From Octopus sinensis (taxonomy: Eukaryota): a stretch of DNA of 64,000 nt. Under the pieces are notes generated by a model. It had not been told where the DNA came from and ran no database searches. It saw only the letters and a list, made by a program, of their open reading frames with translations. The stretch covers positions 104,966,001 through 105,030,000 of the forward strand of contig NC_043004.1 of NCBI RefSeq assembly GCF_006345805.1. The letters are read 5' to 3'. The position numbers and the translations under genes are program-made. This document shows positions 52,940-64,000 of this stretch, in pieces. Position 1 is the first letter of the stretch. Every line of letters begins with the position of its first letter.

Positions 52940-55900
52940 TTCCCGCAACGAGGAGGGAACCAGGCTGCTGGAGTTCTGCGATGCGAATAGTCTTATGATT
53001 TGCAACACTAACTTCAGGAAACCGACAAGCCACCTGGTCACCTACCGATCGGGCCGGCATACTAGCCAAATCGACTACATCCTTGCCAGAAAAAGGGAAA
53101 GATGGCTGCTTATAAATGCCAAAACCTTCCCAAGTGAAGAATGCACCCCACAACATAGACTGGTAGTTAGTGACTTTAGGATCAGGACTAAGAGGGCGAC
53201 TAGAAGACGACCAACATGGAGAAGAAGGGTCTGGAAGCTTAAAGACCCTGCGAATGGACAGAGATTTAGAGATATGTTATTTGAAGCTTTAGACGAAATG
53301 GAAGGGAGTATAGCTACGCATGGGGTAGAAGACAACTGGACGCTTCTGAGGGACAACCTGCTGAAAGCCGCTGACCAGATCTGTGGCTGGTGCAAAGTCC
53401 CCTTAAGACCCAAAATAACGTGGTGGTGGAACAATATTGTTGACAGGGCTATTAGACAAAAGAAACAGGCTTGGAAGGCCTGGAAGAACGGTGGTAGCAG
53501 GGAAGTGTATCAGTCTGCCAGAAGGGAAGCCAGGAGACAGGTCTATCTAGCCAGAGGGGAAGCAGAGAAGGAAAAATTTGCCAATGTCCTGCGTCGTGAG
53601 GATGAAAGACTTGAGGTATTTCGTGTTGCAAGACAGTGTGTGAGAGAGAATCGTGACGTGGTAGGAGAGAAATGTGTTCGCAAGGAGGACGGTTCACTTG
53701 CACTTAATGAGGGTGCAAAGAGAGAGACTTGGAGACGCCACTATGATAGGTTGCTGAATGAAGAAAATGAATGGGATAAAGAGAGTCTGCCGAATGTCGA
53801 CCCAACAGAGGGACCAGCAATCCGAGTTAACAGTTCCTTAGTAGATAAGGCAATTAGAAGCATGAAAACAGGGAAAGCCCCAGGCCCATCAGGAATTACT
53901 GCAGAGATGCTCAAAATATCTGGTGGTGTCGGCTATAGCTTAGTCACCCGTATAGTTAACCAGGTGATACACGAGGGGGTCATACCCAATGACTGGTGTA
54001 GCAGCATAATAGTCAACTGCTACAAAGGTAAAGGCGACGCCCTAGAGACAAATAACTACAGGGGCATCAAGCTGCTGGATCAGGTAATGAAGGTTACGGA
54101 GAGGGTTGTAGCCCAACTAATTAGAGAGAGAGTTACCTTAGATGATATGCAGTTTGGGTTCGTGCCAGGGAAAAGTACTACTGATGCTATATTCCTGGTA
54201 AGACAGCTGCAGGAGAAATACCTAGCCAAAGATAAGCCCTTGTACCTGGCTTTTGTTGACTTGGAGAAAGCCTTTGACAGGGTCCCCCGGTCCCTTATCT
54301 GGTGGTCAATGAGGAAACTAGGGATAGAAGAATGGTTGGTGAGAGCTGTGCAAGCCATGTACAGAGACGCTGCTAGTAAGGTGAGGGTGGGCAACGAGTA
54401 CAGTGAAGAATTCCGGGTAGAGGTTGGGGTCCACCAAGGTTCAGTCCTCAGTCCCCTCCTATTTATCATAGTCCTCCAGGCAATAACGGAGGAATTCAAG
54501 ACAGGTTGCCCCTGGGAGCTCCTCTATGCTGATGACCTTGCTCTAATTGCTGAGTCACTATCAGAACTGGAGGAGAAGTTCCAGGTGTGGAAACAAGGAT
54601 TAGAATCGAAGGGCCTTAGAATCAACCTAGCCAAAACCAAAGTTCTAATAAGTAGGAAGGTAGATCAATCACAAACGCCTTCAGGTAGATGGCCCTGCTC
54701 GATCTGTAAAAAAGGTGTAGGTAGAAACTCTATAAGATGCACCAAGTGTAAGCTATGGACACATAAGAGGTGCAGCAATGTCAAAGGAAGGCTAACTAGG
54801 AAAATAGTTTTTGTCTGTGGCAAATGCTCAGGAGCAATAAACACTGGAAATATGCAGAGACCAACTTCTGCCACGTTCCAGGGAGACAAACTAGAAGTAG
54901 TTGATAGCTTCCGCTACCTAGGAGACCAAGTCAGTAGCGGGGGTGGGTGTGCTGAAAGTGTAACTGCTAGAGTAAGAATAGCCTGGGCAAAGTTTAGAGA
55001 GCTCTTACCCCTGCTGGTGACAAAAGGCCTCTCGCTCAGAGTAAAAGGCAGACTGTATGATGCATGTGTACGTACAGCCATGCTACATGGTAGTGAAACA
55101 TGGGCCGTGACTGCTGAGGATATGCGTAAGCTCGCAAGAAATGAAGCCAGTATGCTCCGATGGATGTGTAATGTCAGTGTTCATAATCGTCAGAGTGTAA
55201 GTTCCTTGAGAGAAAAGCTGAACCTAAGAAGCGTCAGTTGTGGCGTGCAAGAGAGACGGCTGCGCTGGTATGGTCATGTGACAAGAAAGGCTGAAGATAG
55301 TTGTGTGCAAAAGTGCTACACCCTAGCAGTGGAGGGAACCTGTGGAAGAGGTAGACCCAGGAAAACCTGGGACGAGGTGGTGAAGCACGACCTTCGAACT
55401 TTAGGTCTCACTAAGGAAATGTCTAGAGACCGAGACCTATGGAAGTATGCTGTGCATGAGAAGACCCGGCAAGACTAGTCAGGCCATAACCCGTGGCCCC
55501 GACCTGGGACGTCAGTCCTGTGCATACCTTCCTTCTTGTGACACTTATGAAGACCTGTTGAGGCAAGTGAAAATCAAATCAAATCAAAACAAATCAAAAT
55601 AGATGAACATCAGTGGAATTGTATTCTTTGTGGTACCAGTGCCGGTGGCACACAAGAAAACCACCCAAACGTGGCCGTAACCAGTACCGCATCGACTGGC
55701 CTCCGTGCTGTGGGCACAACAAACACCATCCGATCGTGGCCGTTCGCCAGCCTCATCTGGCACCTGTGCCGGTGGCACATAAAGACACCATCCGAAGACC
55801 CGGCGACGTAGTCAGTCCACCTGTGCATACCTTCCCTCTTATGACACTTGTGAAGACCTGTTGAGGCAAGTGTGTGACACTTGTGAAGACCTGTTGAGGC

Positions 55901-57162
55901 AAGTGAAAATCAAACCAAATCAAAATAGATGAATATCAATGGAATTTGTATCTTTGTGGTTCCAGTACCGGTGGCACACAAGAAAACCATCCGAAGTGGC
56001 CGTAGCTGGTACCGCATCGACTGGCCTCCGTGCTGTGGGCACAACAAACACCATCTGATCGTGGCCGTTCGCCAGCCTCACCTGGCACCTGTGTCGGTGG
56101 CACATAAAGACACCATCCGAAGACCCGGCGACGTAGTCAGTCCACCTGTGCATACCTTCCCTCTTATGACACTTGTGAAGACCTGTTGAGGCAGAGGCAA
56201 GTGTGTGACACTTTGTGAAGACCTGTTGAGGCAGAGGCAAGTGTGTGACACTTGTGGAGACCTGTTGAGGCAAGTGTGTGACACGCGCGACACTTGTGAA
56301 GACCTGTTGAGGCAAGTGAAAATCAAACCAAATCAAAATAGATGAACATCAATGGAATTTGTATCTTTGTGGTTCCAGTACCGGTGGCACACAAGAAAAC
56401 CATCCGATCGTGGCCGTTCGCCAGCCACATCTGGCACCTGTGTCGGTGGCACATAAAGACACCATCCGAAGACCCGGCGACGCAGACAGTCCACCTGTGC
56501 ATACCTTCCCTCTTATGACACTTGTGAAGACCTGTTGAGGCAAGTGTGTGACACTTGTGAAGACCTGTTGAGGCAAGTGAAAATCAAATCAAAACAAAAC
56601 AAATCAAAATAGATGAACATAAATGGAATTTGTATCTTTGTGGTACCAGTGCCGGTGGCACACAAGAAAATCATCCGAACGTGGCCGTAGCCAGTACCGC
56701 ATAGACTGGCCTCCGTGCTTTGGGGACGTAACAAACACCATCCGATCGTAGCCTCATCTGGCACCTGTGTCGGTGGCACATAAAAACACCATCCGAGCGT
56801 GACCGTCTGCCAGCCTCGTCTGGCACCTGCCAGCCTCATCTGGCACCTGTGTCGGTGGCACATAAAAACACCATCCGAGCGTGGCCGTCTGCCAGCCTCG
56901 TCTGGCACCTGTGTCGGTGGCACATAAAAACACCATCCGAGCGTGGCCGTTCGCCAGCCTCGTCTGGCACCTGTGTCGGTGGCACATAAAATCACCCACT
57001 ACACTCTCGGAGTGGTTGGCGTTAGGAAGGGCATCCAGCTGTAGAAACACTGCCAGATCTGACTGGCCTGGTGCAGCCTTCGGGCTCCCCAGACCCCAGT
57101 TGAACCGTCCAACCCATGCTAGCATGGAGAACGGACGCTAAATGATGATGATGATGATGATG
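52938..57162 (+). mobile_element. RTE LINE with uninterrupted ORF (partial APE endonuclease plus RT), 5'-truncated
   Basis: Open frame 52938-55478: ICNTNF, SQIDYIL, QHRLVVSDF (end of the endonuclease), complete RT with YADD, a Cys-rich segment and GRPRKTW; rearranged 3'UTR and (GAT)n tail. Confidence 0.95.
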
Positions 57163-57173
57163 ATGTATGTATG

Positions 57174-57221
<48 letters not shown>

Positions 57222-57226
57222 ATATG

Positions 57227-57321
<95 letters not shown>

Positions 57322-57924
57322 CACACACACATATATGTGTATAAATAATAAATTTATAATTATATTAGAGGTTGCACGAAGCACCAGCCTGCTAGAAAGT
57401 GATTCATGTTCTCTCTAATAGAATTATGAATTTATTATATATAGATGTTTAATGCTAATATCACCTGCAGCCACAAAAGTTATTGTTGTTGTTATTATCA
57501 ATTATTTAGATCTGCCACTGATAATAATAATAATAATAATAATAACATCTTTACTAGTATTCATTTGAACACATTTTTATACATATACACACACACACAC
57601 ACACATACATAAAAAGCACCATCCGAATCATGGCCGAAGCCAGTGCCGCCTCGACTGGCTTCCGTGCAGGTGGAACGTAAACTGCACCAATCCGACCATG
57701 GCCTATGCCAGCCTCGCCTGGCACCAGTGCAGGTGGCACGTAAAAAGCACCCACTACACTCTCGGAGTGGTTGGCGTTAGGAAGGGCATCCAGCTGTAGA
57801 AACTTTGCCAGATAAGACCGGAGCCTGGTGCAGCCTTCTGGCTTCCCAGATCCCCGGTCGAACCGTCCAACCCATGCTAGCATGGAGAACGGACGTTAAA
57901 CGATGATGATGATGATATATATAT

Positions 57925-57972
<48 letters not shown>

Positions 57973-57989
57973 CATGCACATACACACAT

Positions 57990-58034
<45 letters not shown>

Positions 58035-58064
58035 ATATATATATATATAATATATATATATATA

Positions 58065-59312
58065 CTAGCCTTGAAGCTGCCCTTCAGTCGGCATTAAGGC
58101 TAGCTCCTGTGAAGGGTAGCTTTGAGGCCCTTGGCCCCACTATCGGGCTGCTTTGCAGCCCTCTACCCTTGTGTAATATAATGCCCAAACTTATTTCTGC
58201 AAATGTGCAAAGCACTGATGTTGATTATAGTTTAATCAATAAGTGTAGGAGCGAGGTACATGCAGTAAAAATAGGGGTGGGGGATTAGGCGGCCCTTAAA
58301 AAATAGGACCCCTTAGGACATTCCATGGGATCGGGGGAGTTGCAGGTTTGAGCCTCGCTGTCCTTGCACCAACGGTCTAGGAGGATTTAACAGAAATAAA
58401 AATGTAATGGACAGAGAAACATCACTCAAATTTATAATAGGATGGGTGCATGGGTGATCGTGTAGCTAAGAAGCTTGTTTCCCAAGCATGTCATCTTGAT
58501 TTAGTTTCATTGCACAGTATTTTGGGTAAGTGTCATCTGCTATAGCCCTGGACTGACCAAAGTCTTGTGAGTGGATTTGCTAGGTGGAAACTGAGGAAGC
58601 CCTTCGTATACCTGCGTGTGTGTGTGTGTGCATCTTGTGTTTGCCTCACTACCGCTTGACAACTAGTGTTGGTTTCTCTATGCCTCCCCACCAAATGAGC
58701 GGTTCGACAAAAGTGATCGATAGAATAAGTACCCGGTTAAAAAAAACCAAAAAAAACGTAAGTACGGGAGACGATTAGTTCGACTAAAAACCTTTCAAAG
58801 TAGTGCCCCAGCATGGCCGCAGTCTAATGACTTAACAAGTAAACGATAAAGCTATATATTATATACATATACATACATATATATATACATATACATATAT
58901 ATATATAACCTTATACATATATATACCTATATATATACATATATATATATATACATATATATATACATATATAATAATATATATATATATAATATATATA
59001 TATATATAATATATATATACATATATATATTATATATACATATATACATATATATATAATATATATAATATATATATAATATATATATACATATATATAT
59101 CTATATACATATATATATATATATATACACACACATATATATATATTCACACACATATATATATACACACACATATATATACCCACACATATATAACACA
59201 CATATATATATACCCACACACACACATATATATATACGCACACACACACACATATATATACACAACACACACACATATATATCACACACACACATAATAC
59301 ACACACACACAC

Positions 59313-59349
<37 letters not shown>

Positions 59350-60281
59350 TAGCCTTGAAGCTGCCCTCAGTCGGCATTAAGGCTAGCTCCTGTGAAGGGT
59401 AGCTTTGAGGCCCTTGGCCCCACTATCGGGCTGCTTTGCAGCCCTCTACCCTTGTGTAATATAATGCCCAAACTTATTTCTGCAAATGTGCAAAGCACTG
59501 ATGTTGATTATAGTTTAATCAATAAGTGTAGGAGCGAGGTACATGCAGTAAAAATAGGGGTGGGGGATTAGGCGGCCCTTAAAAAATAGGACCCCTTAGG
59601 ACATTCCATGGGATCGGGGGAGTTGCAGGTTTGAGCCTCGCTGTCCTTGCACCAACGGTCTAGGAGGATTTAACAGAAATAAAAATGTAATGGACAGAGA
59701 AACATCACTCAAATTTATAATAGGATGGGTGCATGGGTGATCGTGTAGCTAAGAAGCTTGTTTCCCAAGCATGTCATCTTGGATTTAGTTTCATTGCACA
59801 GTATTTTGGGTAAGTGTCATCTGCTATAGCCCTGGACTGACCAAAGTCTTGTGAGTGGATTTGCTAGGTGGAAACTGAAGGAAGCCCTTCGTATACCTGC
59901 GTGTGTGTGTGTGTGCATCTTGTGTTTGCCTCACTACCGCTTGACAACTAGTGTTGGTTTCTCTATGCCTCCCCACCAAATGAGCGGTTCGACAAAAGTG
60001 ATCGATAGAATAAGTACCCGGTTAAAAAAAACCAAAAAAAACGTAAGTACGGGAGACGATTAGTTCGACTAAAAACCTTTCAAAGTAGTGCCCCAGCATG
60101 GCCGCAGTCTAATGACTTAAACAAGTAAACGATAAAGCTATATATATATATACATATACATACATATATATATACATATACATATATATATATACCTTAT
60201 ACATATATATACCTATATATATACATATATATATATATACATATATATATACATATAATATATATTATATATATAATATAT

Positions 60282-60312
<31 letters not shown>

Positions 60313-60336
60313 TATATATATACATATATATACATA

Positions 60337-60376
<40 letters not shown>

Positions 60377-60588
60377 TACATATATATATATATATCTATA
60401 TATATATATATATACACACACACATATATATATTCACACACATATATATATACACACACATATATATACACACACACATATATATATTCACACACATATA
60501 TATATATACACACACACACATATATATATACGCACACACACACACATATATATACACACACACACACATATATATACACACACACACA

Positions 60589-60640
<52 letters not shown>
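58065..60640. repeat. Tandem duplication, unit about 1284 bp, two near-identical copies
   Basis: ctagccttgaagctg starts at 58065 and 59349; the unique parts differ by a few 1-nt indels. Confidence 0.92.
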
Positions 60641-60826
60641 TTGTGTGTGTGTGTATATATATGTGTGTGTGTGTATATATATGTGGTGTGTGTGTGTATA
60701 TATGTGTGTGGTGTATATATAGTGTGTGTATATATATATGTGTGTATATATATATGTGTGTAATATATATATATGTGTGTGTAATATATATATATGTATA
60801 TATATAATATATGTATATATATATTT

Positions 60827-60858
<32 letters not shown>

Positions 60859-60897
60859 TATATATATATATATAGTATATATATGTATAAGGTATAT

Positions 60898-60929
<32 letters not shown>

Positions 60930-60949
60930 TATATGTATATATATATATA

Positions 60950-61002
<53 letters not shown>

Positions 61003-61631
61003 CATATATATATACATATATATATATACATATAATATACTCAAAATGTCATGGTAACATAGAAACTCACAAGAAGTTGAGAGAAGATCTGTTATTGGTT
61101 GAACAAGAGATAGTTCGGTCGAATAACAGACACTGTTTTATAGTTGTCTCCTGTCTGCTCTGCCTGTCGATGACCCACTCACAAAAGGCTGGCAGACAGT
61201 CTCCTCGCCTTTGTTTAATCTATCGTTATGTTGTAAAGGAAAAGAACCGGCAACACCAACACAGGGCGCTTCTTCGTTGCTTGGCTGATTAATAACACAC
61301 CACTGTTTAATTATCCCAGCATTGTAGTTGGCAGCAGGGGTATTTATGTAACTTTAATTCATCTCGTGAGAAAATAATCTTCATACATTATTTCTACGTC
61401 TGTCGAATAGATTTTACTAATTGATACTATTTACGAAGTTCTCAGCTTTTGTTGTCACATATTTGTACATCGATGTAGTGTTTGAGCACGAACACGAGAC
61501 GAAACAGTCACCAGTAAACGGTTCTCGCCGAAGGATTTATAAGGATATATATATATATATATACACTCGTTCATTTTCTGCGCGGTGGAGCTGTTAGGAA
61601 TCATTCAGTGAACACAAAAAACGGCGATACC

Positions 61632-61822
61632 ATGGATGACGACTTTGAATACCATCTGAAGCTGCCATCGTCACCGTACAGCGATGCGAGTAAACACAGC
61701 AAAGCGGACCTGAATACCACATCGACAGACTGCATTAAGGAACCAGTCGTCATCCTTCTTGGTTGGATGGGTTGTAACTACAAGCATCTCTCGAAATACA
61801 GTGAATTTTACGAGGCGAAAGG
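61632..61822 (+). CDS. TMEM53: TMEM53 (DUF829 family) first coding exon
   Basis: accATGG start context. MDDDFEYHLKLP...EPVVILLGWMGCNYKHLSKYSEFYEAKG matches the recalled TMEM53 motif PVVILLGWGGC..KNLAKYSAIY. Donor GG|gtaggt. Later exons were not found in the window. Confidence 0.8.
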
Positions 61823-64000
61823 GTAGGTATGATACGCAACATACAAACGCAAAAATACAAAACACGATTGAAGGGTGGGTGGATACGTATTTAGTATTTG
61901 TGTGATTGTGGGTGGTACTCTGTGGGGTCTGTAGTGGCCGGACTTTATTGGCATACTACTAGGGACTCACATAACCCGTAAATTTTAAATTAAATATATT
62001 TTATATATGTGTGTGTGTGTACATACATACCGACAAGTCTTAGGCTTTGGTTATAAAATTTTAAAAACTGACATTTTATTTTCGTTTATAATGAGGTTTT
62101 TTTTTCTTTCTAATTAAATTAACTATTTGCTCAAATTTACCTCCTCATTTCGGAGATGTACTTACCAGACAAATGATTTGATCTTCTGGGACCGTATATA
62201 GAAACAAAAACGATTGCAGTCTGGTAGACGCATATTATCCATTCAAAAAAGCAAAAAAAAAATTAACTATTTGCTGTCAAAATTGTCGTCGCAAGTGCGA
62301 CCTGGTAACTGATGCGATTCCTTACCCGTAGTTTTGGTAATCAAAACTTAAAATGTCCATAATACATAATTAAAATATTTATGTTGAATTTCTCTACTCC
62401 CAAATAAGTTATTTATTAATAATGGTTTGGTAAAGTTTCTACATTTTAAATAAACAACTTGGCTCCTGTTGTTGATTATGAGCCTCAACACTAAATTCTG
62501 AATACAACCTGAAGTTATTCCTCAAACCTTATTTCCATCACTTCTTAGAATGAGTCGATGAAAATTGGGTCCCATTTTACCTAATTGCACCGAGTTTTTG
62601 GTATGGTTGACTAGGACCGTCCTGGTTGGGGTACAAGTTTTGTGTTCGTAATTATTATATCAACATATTTTTGTTATAAATATTCTTTGTATCAAAGTGT
62701 TATGTTTTGTTCTGGTAATTTATGTTATATTCTAATATTGGCATCATTTTTCATTATTATTTGTTTTTAATGTCTATAAATTGTGCTACAACGGTTTTGC
62801 AACTAACTCAGCATAGATGGGTCCCGTATCGGTCGAAGATGGTAAATAATCACGACCAGATTTAAGCATCTGGTTAAGATAATTCACATTTTCTGAAAAA
62901 AGTGTGCACCTCTCAGTTTCCTTTTTGTTCCTCCCAGCAATAATCGGACTTTAATCTGAGTACTATGAACTCACTTAGATTTTATCCTACTGTTGCACAT
63001 TTCCTCTCCTCCCCAGTTTGTTCCTCTATGTCTATAAGTGGTGATGGCCTGTATGAAAACGGGTCAGGCAGACTTAGTTGGAGCACAATAGTTACAGGTT
63101 TCGATTCCAGTTGGAAGCCCCTTCACATCACTTGCATCGTTAATAGCGTTGAGTAAGGCAGGAACATTAGAAATATCAGTTCCTCTCCCAAAGGAAACCC
63201 TTTATTAGCAAACCTGACTTTTAATGTGTCTGAGACCAGCTGTATTTTTCATCGACTGTTTTGCTTATGTATCTCGTGGACAAAAGAGGACTCCTGGTTG
63301 CTATCCTACTACGAACATTACATTATGTTGTAAGGTCCCAATCAGCTTAGTTCACATAAACCTATAAGCATAGCTTAGAGGTTTGTAGGTTGAACGATTG
63401 AGTGCGTTTTATTGATCCACGTGCTTCCTGCATCCATCGACTACTGGACGACAATGCTGCACACTCCGATGTGCAGTGGTTAATCTGATGGTGTGCAAAG
63501 TAGCAGCAGTCTGGGCATGTTGAATCTTCTACATTGTCCAGTCTGTTCCTGTATGTCTGCTGCTTTAGTCCCAAGAAAAGCTCTCACTGAGCTATAATCA
63601 AAGATGCTCCATCCATAAATTGTCCTGGTTTTTTTTCTCTTTTATTTCCTTTTTTGTTTTTTTTCCTTTCTGTCACTGCATATAAATTAAAAAGCCTTCT
63701 TGCATAACATAATGATTAAATATTTGAATTGTTAAACCTATAGTCAATAGCCAAGTGTCTTAACTTTCCAGATGATTTACTTCACTCCAAGCAAAATATT
63801 TGCCCTATTTCTGTTATTTACTGTGATCCTGTTTGCAACCTCATACTTTTCAACTATAAAACACTTGATATGTCCTCTACTCACATCACATTTGAGCTAT
63901 GCAACCAATTCTGTCAAAACTTATATGAGGGAGTGGTCTGAGCTAGTTAACATCAACAATATTTATGATGTTATATGGGCCACCTTTATTTTGTGGCTGT

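Noticed and set aside
53075-54889. Antisense ORFs overlapping the RTE copies
   Set aside because: They are shadow frames of the RT ORF with no independent evidence.
61608-61631. GTG-initiated N-terminal extension of TMEM53
   Set aside because: This is a bacterial-style start call; the ATG at 61632 has good context and matches the family N-terminus.
63362-63574. Second TMEM53 exon
   Set aside because: It is on the wrong strand, and the Cys/His pattern looks like a LINE C-terminal fragment.

Overview
Eukaryotic, AT-rich, microsatellite-dense genomic DNA. The repeat content is consistent with an octopus or other coleoid cephalopod (inference). Two host genes are recognisable. A minus-strand ARMH1 (C1orf228-like) gene has 10-11 exons that I reconstructed by hand from splice sites and phases (CDS 46705 to 5233, about 420 aa); its first intron has U12-type signals and a palindromic RFX X-box lies 90 bp upstream of the ATG. 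The first coding exon of a divergently oriented TMEM53-like gene starts at 61632. The rest is mostly transposable elements: four RTE-clade LINE copies (one with an uninterrupted ORF of about 846 codons), R4-like, CR1-like and Penelope-like fragments, Tc1/mariner/maT/hAT/Helitron-like derivatives, three tRNA-derived SINE families, and many (TA)n/(CA)n arrays. The most unusual signal is a set of minimal type I hammerhead-ribozyme folds from at least three unrelated short repeat families sitting in (TA)n tracts, each with a non-canonical core (A6U; G3:C8 swap; U4C). Four of them are clustered in 1.5 kb of ARMH1 intron 8, in the sense orientation. All assignments come from reading the sequence plus recalled family knowledge; no searches or folding programs were run.
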